A DNA stretch of 64,000 bases from Octopus sinensis. Its lineage: Eukaryota. A program made the translations under genes and the position numbers. Below the pieces are notes generated by a model that ran no database searches, was not told where the DNA came from, and saw only the letters and a program-made list of their open reading frames with translations. Numbering within the stretch: the first letter of the stretch is position 1; each line of letters opens with the position of its first letter. Below are positions 39,870-51,329 of the stretch, piece by piece. The stretch covers positions 124,682,001-124,746,000 of the forward strand of contig NC_043001.1 of assembly GCF_006345805.1 (NCBI RefSeq). Reading direction: 5' to 3'.

Positions 39870-39921
39870 GTCTCCGATGAAGGGATATTATTAATTAATA
39901 TCCTAGAAACAGCTGTAAGAC
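39870..39921 (+). ncRNA. Hammerhead-like motif with U4-to-C core change
   Basis: GTCT-CCGATGA-A-(GGGATATT..AATATCCT)-A-GAAAC-AGCT-GTA-AGAC: stem I GTCT/AGAC, palindromic stem III. Confidence 0.55.
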
Positions 39922-40177
39922 CTTCTATCTATAAATGGTCTAACATCTATACAGCCTTGGTTTTTTTATCTCATTACGCAAAAAATTCTTATATACATAC
40001 GCTGACATAGAACCAGCGTTGACACCTTTATTCGCAATATTACCGAATCTGAAACGTAACTATGGTCAGTCTATAGCACTTATTCAGTATTACCTGACAC
40101 CTTTGGGTCTGAATGACACCATTATCTCTTATAACCTCAACTTCACGCTATATATATATATATATATATATTATATC

Positions 40178-40216
<39 letters not shown>

Positions 40217-40225
40217 TTATATATG

Positions 40226-40286
<61 letters not shown>

Positions 40287-40438
40287 ATATGAGATTAAAG
40301 TGGCTAAAACTTAACACCAAAGATATAGAGCATTGCCTTGAATGTTCTTCTATGGGTTTCTTTCTCTTTCTCTCTCTATCTCTCCCTCCAGTTGTAATTT
40401 CAAGTTTGAAACATTTTTCTTTATGTACTTTTTCACAG

Positions 40439-40884
40439 GAGACATTGAAGTTCTCATGGACTTAGACAAGTTCTTTTATACTGCGACATGTGCCGAAAAC
40501 TGCGAACTTTTACATTTAGAATATGGAGCTTTTGACTCCTTCTTTAACAGACGTCATCGTGATAGCCGACAGCGCTTGTGTGACCGCACTAAGTTAAAGA
40601 TTGAACAGCAATTGCGCCGTATGCCACCCGGCGCCGTTCCACTAATGACGAGTGTAAGACTGCGTCTCGAGAAAACCAAGTCACAACTTATGCAGGCCAA
40701 GAGAAGACTCAAAGGCAAAGATTTGGTACCTGTCAGGAAAATTGTCGATTTACCTCGGGGTCCAATCATTAATAATTATGGGCCGGGAGGACTTTTCTAC
40801 ATCATAGCTTTACAGAACAGACATGTTTGGGAGGCAGCAGCCGAAAGGGAAATGGCTCAAAGACACGAAGCATCTTACAAACAG
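40439..40884 (+). CDS. Coding exon: C-terminal half of a cyclic-nucleotide-binding domain plus helical tail (CNBD2-like protein)
   Basis: Acceptor TTTTCTTTATGTACTTTTTCACAG, donor CAG|GTATCA (phase 0). GDIEVLMDLDKFFYTATCAENCELLHLEYGAFDSFF fits the GE.ALL..ATV.A..DCELLVL...F..LL CNBD pattern; 446 nt with no stops. Confidence 0.8.
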
Positions 40885-41436
40885 GTATCACTTCAGGTCA
40901 GGTTTAACTTTCTAAGTAATCGTTGTTTCAGATATGTATTTATATTTCAGACCGCGCGAATTTTCAAACCAATGATATGAATTGTGGATTTTGATTTTCA
41001 TATATTCTCAGGAAATCGACTAACAACACTTGAACCGTTGGTTCAATAGATATATATATTCTCAAATATATATACAGATTTATACAATGCAAACACAATA
41101 AGACAGCTTTCAGGAAGCTTGCTAAGGCTATAGCTAATCACTACCTCAAGTTTACAACGCAAAACACACATGCACACATCCATCATAGATAGATAATGAA
41201 ATATCGCCCATAGGTTAACGTATACGCAAATACCAAGAAATATATAGTATTATATGTATGAGAAACATTGCTATAAATTTTAAATCTATGTCTATCTAAC
41301 GCTATTATAGGTCTGCAACCACTTATATTGTTGTTGTTACTGTCAGCTATCCATATTACCGCGGATAATAATAACAATGATAATTCCAATATAAATATTC
41401 ACTCCTGAATATTTGCCCTCTCTCTCTCTCTCTCCT

Positions 41437-41495
<59 letters not shown>

Positions 41496-41591
41496 ATTTG
41501 TGTGTCTGTGTGTGTATGTGTGTATGTGTATGTATGTATGTATGTATATAAATATCTCTATCTATAAATATATATATATGTAAATATATAT

Positions 41592-41903
41592 AATCAAAAT
41601 ATGCAACAAGGATATCCAGATGTAATGCAGTACGATTGTTTCATGCAACTCCATTTAATTAAACAATGCAATCATTATATCAATTTAAAATTTAGAGTAA
41701 TCCTTAGCTGCATAAAGACATAGAATTTAATTTAATTAAATGTGTCCATCTGTTCTAATTTAATTAAATTCTAATGTTTTTGTGCAGCTGAAGATTGCTC
41801 TACATTTTAAATTGATATAATGATTGCATTGTTCAATTAAATGGAGCTGCATGAAACGATCGTACTGCATTACCTCTCGATATCCCTGTTGCTTATTTTG
41901 ATT
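41592..41903. mobile_element. ~310-bp foldback element (arms ~145 bp), probably Penelope-derived
   Basis: Left arm 41592-~41740 is the reverse complement of ~41755-41903 with scattered mismatches; a related half copy lies at 11905-12069. Confidence 0.85.
41783..41869 (+). ncRNA. Minimal type I hammerhead ribozyme motif in the right arm of the foldback
   Basis: TGCAG-CTGAAGA-(58-nt extended stem II)-GAAAC-GATC-GTA-CTGCA: canonical core, 5-bp stem I; the first stem II pair is U/U. Confidence 0.7.
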
Positions 41904-42049
41904 TTAATCACCTTACTTTCAAATTCTATGGATGATATCATACCAAATTCTAGTGCTTCAACATAAGTACCATATTTATTTGAATGTAATATAGATAGAT
42001 AGATGATAGATAGATAGATAGATAGATATAGATAGATAGAGATAGATAG

Positions 42050-42149
42050 NNNNNNNNNNNNNNNNNNNNNNNNNNNNNNNNNNNNNNNNNNNNNNNNNNN
42101 NNNNNNNNNNNNNNNNNNNNNNNNNNNNNNNNNNNNNNNNNNNNNNNNN
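42050..42149. other. Assembly gap (100 N)
   Basis: Run of N between (GATA)n and (GT)n. Confidence 0.99.
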
Positions 42150-42624
42150 TGTGTGTGTGTGAGAGAGTATAAGTGCGTATGCGGGGTCTGGATGTGTGTA
42201 TGTATAGGGTTGGTGTAAGTATTAGTATGTACTAGTATGTATTAGTACGTATTAGTATGTATGGTATATTTAATATGGATATGTATATATGATATGATAT
42301 ATAGTATGTATATGTATATATAATATATATATGTATATATATATATGTATATATATATGTAAGTATATGTATATATATATGTATATATATATATGTATAT
42401 GTATATATATATATGTATATATATAATATGTATGTATATATATATTATATATTATATATGTATATATGTATATAATATATATATGTATATATATATAGTT
42501 ATATAATATGATATATATAATGTATATATATATAATGTTATATATATATGTATGTATATATATATATATATGTATATATTATATATACAATATATATATG
42601 TATATGTGTATATATATATGTATA

Positions 42625-42665
<41 letters not shown>

Positions 42666-42793
42666 AGATATTATATATATATATATATGTATATATAATG
42701 TATAATATATATATATATGTATATATATATATGTATATATATATGTATATATATATATGTATATTATATATATGTATATATATATATGGTATG

Positions 42794-42825
<32 letters not shown>

Positions 42826-43087
42826 GACTATATATATGTATATGTATATATATATATGTATAGTGTGTGTATATATGTATATATATATATATATTATGTA
42901 TATATATATATATATATTTATATATGTATATGTACATATATATATATTATATTTAATATATGTAATATGTATATATATATATATATATATTTATATATAA
43001 TATATTTTATATATGTATGTATATATATATATATACATATATACATAATATATATATTAATCGTTATTAATATTTAATACGAAGTAG

Positions 43088-43950
43088 GTGGCGAGCTGGT
43101 TGAATCGCTGGAACTTTGGGCAAAACGTTCAACGGCATTTCTTTCGGTGTTCAAATGCTGCCGAGTTTGAATTTGCTTTTCATCTTTCCGGGCTCGATAA
43201 AATAAGTACCAGTTGAATGCTGGTGTCAACGGAATCGACTTACCCCATCACCCCAAATTACAGGCCTTGTGCCAAAATTTCAAATCAATATTTAGTATGG
43301 AGCAGACAGCAATCTGGCAGAATCGTTAACACGTCAGACAAAATGCTTAGCAGCTTTTCGTCCGTGTTCACAATCAGAATCCAAATGCCACCGAGGTCAA
43401 CTTTGCCTTTCATCCTTTCGGAGTCGATAAAATAAGTACCTATTTCTTTACTACCCACAAGGGGCTAAACACAGAGAGGACAAACAAGGATAGACAAACG
43501 GATTAAGTCGATTATATCGACCCCAGTGAGTAACTGGTACTTATTTAATCGATCCCGAAAGGATGAAAGGCAAAGTCGACCTCGGTGGAATTTGAAATCA
43601 GAACGTAGCGGCAGGCGAAATACCTATTTCTTTACTACCAACAGGGGGCTAAACACAGAGGAGACGAACAAGGGCAGACAAATGGATTAAGTCGATTATA
43701 TCGACCCCAGTGCGAAACTGGTACTTAATTTATCCACCCCGAAAGGATGAAAGGCAAAAATCGACCTTGGCGGAATTTAAACTCAGAAAGTAACGGCAGA
43801 CGAAATACTGCTACGCATTTCGCCCGGCGTGCTAACGATTCTGCCAGCTCGCCACCTTTCGATGAAATAAGTACCAGTTGAAAACTGGGGGTGATGTAAT
43901 CGACTTCACTCCTCTCCTGGTATTGCTAGCCTTGTGCCAAAATTTGAAAT
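43088..43950. mobile_element. Cluster of SINE B copies, including a minus-strand dimer at 43441-43857
   Basis: Repeated heads and central domains on both strands; dimer junction at 43625/43624. Confidence 0.85.
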
Positions 43951-44684
43951 CAATAAATAATACGGAGCTATATTTTGATAATCATCTTCATTTCAGGCCT
44001 CCCCAATTCTGGATGTAGGAACAGACAGAAGAAAGAAATGTAAAGGAAACGGAAGAATTTCTATGGCAACTTCAATTCTGCAAAACTTCTCAAAGGAAAT
44101 AAAATTTGCATTTTTGAAATTAATCAAATTCCTTATTTAAATTTTTTCTACGTTTTCTCTTTAAATCGCATATATATAAAAGCATGTTTCATTTATCTGT
44201 GAATGAATGTAATATTAGTTGATCAGACACACACACACATACACACACATGTATATAGACACGCGCATATACAAAAACATACACATAAGAAGTCCGATTG
44301 GCAGAGGCTTTACTGATTTGAATAAATTGCCTTACAGTAATGGTTCCGGCTCGCTACACTGCAAGTTCAAATCCCACTATCAACTATAGTCGAATCTTCT
44401 CTCTTCCGGCATGAATTTCTTTCTTCTGGAAGGAATCTGATATTGTCGGACGTGGAAATGAATGGGCTGTATCAGATCCCAGAATGCTAAAGATACGCAC
44501 GTGTCACGTTGGCGCCCCTACAACAATTAGATGGTCCAAGTTATTTTCATATATATTTAATCGAATTTTTTTGTTAAAATTTTTCTAAGTGAACTTAATC
44601 ATTGGTACAGATCGTCTTATAATTGCTTGGTAGAACAGAGCTGACATGTTGAGTTATATTGCCAATAGCTAAAATTCAACAAGG

Positions 44685-44900
44685 CGGCGTGCTGGCAGAA
44701 ACGTTAGCACGCCGGGCGAAATGCTTTGCGGTATTTCGTCTGCCGTTACGTCGTTCTGATTTAAAATTTCGCAGAGATCGACTTTTCCTTTCGTCCCTTT
44801 CAGTGTCGATAAAATAAAGTACCAGTTGGTACAGGGGTTGATGCAATTCACTTACCCTCTCCCCCGAAGTTACTGGCCTTGTGTCAAATTTGAAACCAAT
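44685..44900 (+). mobile_element. SINE family B, variant tail
   Basis: Head and central domain recognisable. Confidence 0.8.
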
Positions 44901-45474
44901 AGTTAAAGTTTAACAACCGGCGAAATAATAACTTCTCATGTCGACTATATGTAGTTTTTCTCAAATTTCAGTTGACAGAGAATTGTGACAGAAGTGTTTG
45001 CGTTTAATTAGGCTAAAGAGCATGCATTTGTAAGGTGTCTCACAGAATCAATTGACTTTCCTGGTGAATCTAAACAGGATAGTGAACTATCTTAACGGAA
45101 GCCAGTCTCCAACATCATATTAATATCAAAACAAATGCAAATAAAAAAAAAAAACGAGAATTTTGGTTGACATTTTCAAACTAAAATTTTATTCGTTTAT
45201 AAAGCAATGTTTGGTTTCCTTTCCCTAATAAAATGACATGTCCATTTATAAATCAACGATAGACATTGTATAAACACAAATAGGTAACAGACTAGTTTTC
45301 TCTAAAATATACCAACCTAAGGTAATAAAAATCAATAATTTTAGATTTTATACAGGCATAGTTTCATTCACCATGAACACGTTTTTACTAGTTCCGTAAA
45401 CAAATGAGGTGGTATTTTTGGCATAAATCCCAGATACTTTCTTTTTCACGATATTGGCACTACTAATATTAGTT

Positions 45475-45800
45475 TCAAGTTTTGGCACAAGGCCAGCAAT
45501 TTCGGGGGAAAAAGTAGGTCGATTACATCGACTCCAGTATTCAACTGGTACTTATATTATCGGCCCCAAAAGGATGAAAAGTAAAGCTGACCTCGGCGGA
45601 ATTTGAACACAGAACAAAGACGGACAAAATGCCACTAAGCATTATTACCTTTTTCTCCCCTAGGTCGTCAAGCTGGCAGAATTGTTAGCACGCTTAGCGG
45701 CATTTTGTCTGTCTGTACGTTCCAAGTTCAAAACTCGCCGAGGTCAACTTTGCCTTACATTTTTTTCGAGATTGCCGGCCTTGTACCAAAATTTGAAATC
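45475..45800. mobile_element. Two degenerate SINE B copies in opposite orientation
   Basis: Minus copy ~45475-45640, plus copy ~45668-45800. Confidence 0.7.
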
Positions 45801-46062
45801 AATATTACTTTGGTTTTTGTAGGAGTTTTGCAAGTTTTTCGTGTGTGAAATCGCGTATTAAAGTAGATTCTGTGTATTGGGAAGAACATTTTGTCAGTGC
45901 GTGTGTTTCTCATTGGCAAAATGATCCTGTCAAGATACACAGATATTACTATAATTCAGCAGATCAATATTACTAATATTGTTTGATTAATCAGGAAAAT
46001 AACTAAACAAAATGATATAACAGAAGCTTTAAACAAAAAAGTTAACATTGATTCAGATATGT

Positions 46063-48270
46063 TCAATTGTTCAGTTCTTTATCATTATTATTGAAACTAT
46101 CCAAAAATAACATAGCATCATGGATTTCTTGGACAACCTTAATTTGTTTGATCGCCACATTGCAGTAGTCTGAGTAGGTTTTAGACTGGTCTTGACATTT
46201 GTAAGGCGTAAACCAGGTGTCATGAAATGACTGCATCTGCATTTCTTTCGCAGATTGCAAATAAATCTCAGCTCTATCCAAAATTCCCATTAAATCTTCA
46301 AGGGAATTTTGAAAGTCTTTTATAAACATTTTCTCCGAATGATTTCCTGCAATATTCTGGGAGACTGCTTCAGAAGAAGTTCTAAATACTTTACGCAATG
46401 ACGCTTTCAAATTCGGAAGTAGGTTCTGAAATTTTTTAATAAAATTATTATCAGAAACAGGTGGTGATCTTGCGTTTATAGGATTCTTTATTTCGTTACA
46501 TGGTTTTACATGTGAAGCATTTGAGTCCTGAGTGTTTTGGCTATAGTGACATGACGGTAGTTGACACTCAAATATCTGTTTTCTATGCAGCTCTTGCAGT
46601 TGCTGCCATAATATTTGGTTTCGAAATTGTATCAAATTATTCTCTCCATTACCGTGACTAAAATTATCGGTTTGATTCGCTTGCTTACAAACACATTGGA
46701 ACGCATTTGGACGACTTACCAAGCACGGAATCTGTTGATCTGCTTTAGCCATAGTTACATAGTTTTGTACTGGCTTCATTTGTATTTGTCTCGTGTGTTC
46801 TTGTATTAACTGAGAATGCATTTCTTTCCAAGGAAAATTTAACCCTTGAGATAAATTATCTGGTTGCGGCAAAATACAGTTACTCATGACAGCTTTATTC
46901 TCTTGGCTTAAAACCCGAGACGTAACCAGGTTTGGTCTTAATGCTAAATTTCCAGAAATACCTGGGTTTTTGCCAATTTGCGGAGCGGTGAAATTGCCCG
47001 ATGCCACCGACTGATATCCAACTGTAGTGCATTCCATAGACTCTTTGACAACAATAGCTTCTTTATTAGTTACTGAAACGGCAGCTTTCTTCGTTACTGG
47101 TTCGATTGACAAATTAATGTTTGGTAACACACGTTTGAAAGGTGTGCGAGCTGGATAAGGTACACAGACACTAAACTGATCTTTAACCATTTGACGTGGT
47201 TTTTTATTGATAGGAACTTGCTCTAACTCTTGATCATCTTGCTTTGCAACTAAATCAGGCTGCCAGAAATTAGACGAACCAGCATTGTCCCCTCTACTAT
47301 TAGTAGATGAAGAATTCATAAATACGGGAGGCATATTAAAGGACGTCTTATTTCCATATTCAACTTCGGGTTTTAAATCACCGTTGAATTTTTTCTCATT
47401 ATCCTCACTTCTTTGAAAATTATTGTTGCTATTGTTATTGTGTTCGATATTTTTTACACATTTTCCGGATCTAATGAATTGCTCGTTCTGATCTTTTGAC
47501 ACATTATTTAACTTTCCGATCGATTGTGAGTCTGATTTGTGTTCTAACAAATTTGGAACAGCTGTCGTAAGACTGCTAAAATCTTTCATCTCTCTCTTTT
47601 TCTGATACGTGTTAGGATTAGACACATCCAGTAGGACTACATGAAGTGTTTGACTGCTTTCAGGATCATCTGACGGGAAAAGTTTCGACTCGGCTAACCC
47701 AACATCAGGTAAGGCTGCAGCTTTATTGGCCAAAGTGTTTTGTAATATATTAGGAGCAAAATGCTGATTGATTGACTGCATTTCTTCCTTTGTGTTTGCA
47801 TTTAAGAGAGATATTTCTGTTCGCGAATTATCGATATTCAAACGATCTGGCCGATTTGTTTGCTCTACTGAAGGTTCAATCCTATGTTCACAGATACGTT
47901 TAGTAGTTATCTCTGATTGTTTTGACTCTATCGCTGTTGGGATCGAAGGATTTTTGTCGACATATGCTTTCCCATACAATGTTCTCGAGTTTGTTGAAAC
48001 ATAGTTGCTGCTTCTGTCAGTAACCCTGGAATTGTTTAGTGGCTCAGCGATGCTTCCTTGACAATTTTCCGAAATGGTTTCGTTAATTCGTTCACCAATT
48101 GTAGGACTACGAAACCGATCACCAACGGAGCCATCGCTTCCATTATCCTGTTCAAAGCTGTCATTGTTTCTGTTATTTAATTTAGGAACACAGCCAAGAG
48201 TCGATTTACTTAGTTGACAAGATGCGTCCGGGTTTTGCTGTTTATAAACATTCAGTAGCGGCTTCGACAT
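46063..48270 (-). CDS. MED29: 735-aa uninterrupted ORF: long low-complexity N-terminus plus C-terminal MED29/Intersex-like domain (aa ~607-721, nt 46452-46108)
   Basis: 2208 nt without a stop in AT-rich DNA; ATG has A at -3 and an in-frame TAG two codons upstream. The C-terminus FIKKFQNLLPNLKASLRKVF..QN..FQNSLEDLMGILDRAEIYLQSAKE..QS..P..YSDYCNVAIKQIKVVQEIHDAML aligns by eye with human MED29 as recalled from memory (RYKMLIPQLKESLQTLM..QN..FDKCLEEFYALCDQLELCLRLAHE..QS..P..YPQYLAVIKAQISCAKDIHTALL). Probably a divergent paralogue rather than the orthologue. Confidence 0.8.
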   Translation of the reverse strand: MSKPLLNVYKQQNPDASCQLSKSTLGCVPKLNNRNNDSFEQDNGSDGSVGDRFRSPTIGERINETISENCQGSIAEPLNNSRVTDRSSNYVSTNSRTLYGKAYVDKNPSIPTAIESKQSEITTKRICEHRIEPSVEQTNRPDRLNIDNSRTEISLLNANTKEEMQSINQHFAPNILQNTLANKAAALPDVGLAESKLFPSDDPESSQTLHVVLLDVSNPNTYQKKREMKDFSSLTTAVPNLLEHKSDSQSIGKLNNVSKDQNEQFIRSGKCVKNIEHNNNSNNNFQRSEDNEKKFNGDLKPEVEYGNKTSFNMPPVFMNSSSTNSRGDNAGSSNFWQPDLVAKQDDQELEQVPINKKPRQMVKDQFSVCVPYPARTPFKRVLPNINLSIEPVTKKAAVSVTNKEAIVVKESMECTTVGYQSVASGNFTAPQIGKNPGISGNLALRPNLVTSRVLSQENKAVMSNCILPQPDNLSQGLNFPWKEMHSQLIQEHTRQIQMKPVQNYVTMAKADQQIPCLVSRPNAFQCVCKQANQTDNFSHGNGENNLIQFRNQILWQQLQELHRKQIFECQLPSCHYSQNTQDSNASHVKPCNEIKNPINARSPPVSDNNFIKKFQNLLPNLKASLRKVFRTSSEAVSQNIAGNHSEKMFIKDFQNSLEDLMGILDRAEIYLQSAKEMQMQSFHDTWFTPYKCQDQSKTYSDYCNVAIKQIKVVQEIHDAMLFLDSFNNNDKELNN

Positions 48271-48814
48271 TCTCTATCTGTGGGGGTGGAGTATCTGGTT
48301 AATTGATTTGTTTTGCATAAAAGTATTTTCTGAAACAAACACTCGACTTCGACAACAGTATTAACACCATCTCCGGAAACCCATCTTTGCAATCTTCTAT
48401 TTTGTACAACCAAAACAAAACAACTTGGTACTTACTAAATACATTTCCAATACCGAACCAGCTAGCAGTATTTTTCTTTTCCTCGAATTACCTTTTCATA
48501 CAAAAGGAGGCTTATTTTTAGCAACAAACAATGTCTGTATCTTTTTTGTTATAATTACATTAAAGGAATTGTCAAGCTGCTTCGTTTTTGTATTTCAATA
48601 TTACATAGGCCATTTTGTAAAATATTACTAAAATACAAAACCAGCAGAAAGATAGCTATATAAGTAGTGTTACCGGTGGCAATTCCATTATTTTAAGACA
48701 GATTAAACCATTTCTAAAATCAGGTAAAAAGGAAATATAAATAATGAGTTACTTATATAAGATGTTTGCTACAAAAAATATCTAAAGAACATGGTTCGCT
48801 TCGTTACTCTGCAG

Positions 48815-48916
48815 TTATCTACACAAGAAGTATTAGCCGTTCAAGAATTTGGACCTGGAGATCTCCATTTCCAGCGACTTCGAGGGCCACCTCCCAGTGG
48901 TGTCGGGCGTCAATGA
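48815..48916 (+). CDS. Candidate terminal coding exon of the CNBD gene
   Basis: Acceptor TTCGCTTCGTTACTCTGCAG. The phase-0 frame LSTQEVLAVQEFGPGDLHFQRLRGPPPSGVGRQ* matches the phase-0 donor at 40884. Locally GC-richer, with AATAAA about 210 nt downstream. Confidence 0.45.
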   Translation, partial: LSTQEVLAVQEFGPGDLHFQRLRGPPPSGVGRQ

Positions 48917-49123
48917 AGAGCCCTCGACTACAACAAGACGACCAAAGTTTTTTTTTCCCAAGGTCTGGGATCTCCCGCCTCTAAGCCCTAGACCATCACC
49001 TAATCACCCTTACCCGTCTTGTTGGCTTAACAACAACAACAATAAGAAGCATTATATAAGGATTCCCTTTCTTTTTAATTGTGGTAATAACCAATTATTG
49101 GAAGGAAGACGAATGTTGTACTG

Positions 49124-49129
49124 AATAAA
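49124..49129 (+). terminator. Candidate polyadenylation signal AATAAA
   Basis: Downstream of the candidate terminal exon, followed by T-rich sequence. Confidence 0.4.
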
Positions 49130-49603
49130 TTCTACTAATTTTTACTGTTAATATATTAGCCCAGCATGGATGAAAATCAAAGTGGTATTAACTAAAATCA
49201 GAGATCCGGAACTGGTCATACGTCAAGGTGTCGAAATCTTGTCACCTTGCATGTTTAAGATTTGAGATTACAAGACATCATTGGGCCACATTGCAAAAGC
49301 AGAAAAGAATTTTGACTGAGTAGAATGAAATAAGATCAAATGAAGTGCACAACGTGTTGTTTGGTTCTGAAATCGAACGCAATTTTTTTTGTAATCGTTA
49401 TTCCAACAACCTAACCACTACACCACACGCATCCACACCGAATTAGCAAAATATCTTACTGAGCTACCTTTCCACTGCAGCCAAGTAGGAACAAGGTCCT
49501 AAAATTATCGAAGAAGAACACCTAGTCCAGTGGTTCCCGACAGAGTTTCCAAACCTTTTATTTAAATGAGTTCTCCCACGGACCCCTTTTAATATGCCAC
49601 CCT

Positions 49604-49848
<245 letters not shown>

Positions 49849-51329
49849 TTTGAATTTAGTTCACGGTCCCAGTACTACCTTTGCGGACCCCAGGTTGGGA
49901 ACCACTGACCTAATCGATTACATTGACTTGTGCGCTGAAGTAATGCTTATTTTATCGATCCTAAAAGAATAATAGTTAAAGTCGACTTCGGAAGAATTTG
50001 AACTCGAAACAAACAACGAAAGCAATACCACTAAGCGTTTTGTACGACATGAATAATAATACTTTCAGGTTCTGGCACAAAACTAGCAATTTTATGAGAA
50101 TGGGTAAAAGCTGATTACATCATCCTCGGCGCTCAATGGTGCCTATTTTATCAACACATGAAAGGATGATAGGTAAAGTCGACCTCGGAAGAAATGCTTC
50201 TTAGCATTTTTTCCGACACGCTAAAGACTCTGCAAACACGCCGCCCTTATTCACTGTAATTTATCTCAAGGAAAAGTAGATGCACCGTGCAAGACCATAC
50301 ATTGTAGATGAGAGAGGGAATCGATTGCATTGATGATATATTTTATTAATTCGGGACACATTTTATCGGTTCCGGAATTTTATCCTGCTAATTTCGTGGT
50401 CCATTGTCTTTCACGCAAAATTTCATAATAATTTCTTAAAAACAGCACGTTATGAGATAGGGAGTTATCAGCCGCGAAGAAATTCAAATAGTTTAGTTAC
50501 TAAACTACATGTAGGGTTCTGCTGCTTCTTCTATAAACTCGTACATCATTAATTAAATTAAATTAAAAACACGTAAATTTCAAACAAATATTGAGACGAT
50601 TGTATAATGTAATGGATATGTCTCAACAACTGCAAGATCTTAAATTTATTCTGGATTAAATGAATTCACCGTAACTTCACTTAAAACACAAAAGCAAAGT
50701 AGAATGGAATTTATATTTTCAATGTTATTCACCCTGCCCACTCCTGACACAGACATACAGATGCCCCAAATTCCCGCCACCCCACCCCCAACAAGTGTTA
50801 CGCGTTAGTGAACAACAATGCAAACAGAAAACTGAAGAACTATTTAAAAAAGATAAAGAGCGTAACTGTGTCGGTGGTCGTGAAAGGAGAAGAGAGTTTG
50901 CCCCAAAACTCCAAATGCGTCGTGGTGAACGAAGAGAGGATCAGGCTAATTAGAAGGACTGGGACAGAAATTGTTGACAAACTTTGTAATGGACTCGAGT
51001 AAGTTGCCACCTACGGTGAACTGTAATGACCTTTATTTTAAGTATGTTTAAAAAGTGTAAATGAAGTGGCTCTGATTGAGGGTTCAGTGGCTTCGTTCCA
51101 TTTCATTATTCACTTTTCATCTTTCCCATTCGTTTTTCTTCTTTTGTCCCCACTTATACGTTTGTCTACACTTGTATCATTCCTCTATGTTTAGCCTCTT
51201 CTGGGCAACAAAGAAATCTATATTTTCAATTTTATTATTGTTAATTATTATTTGGTTTGATTGAGGTTCGTTCTTATTCGTGATTGGATTTATGTGGGTA
51301 GCGGGTACCTGTAACCTTAGGTATCCACA

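Noticed and set aside
43998-44144. Acceptor-like CTTCATTTCAG followed by a 48-codon open frame
   Set aside because: No convincing donor or homology; could be chance in AT-rich intron.
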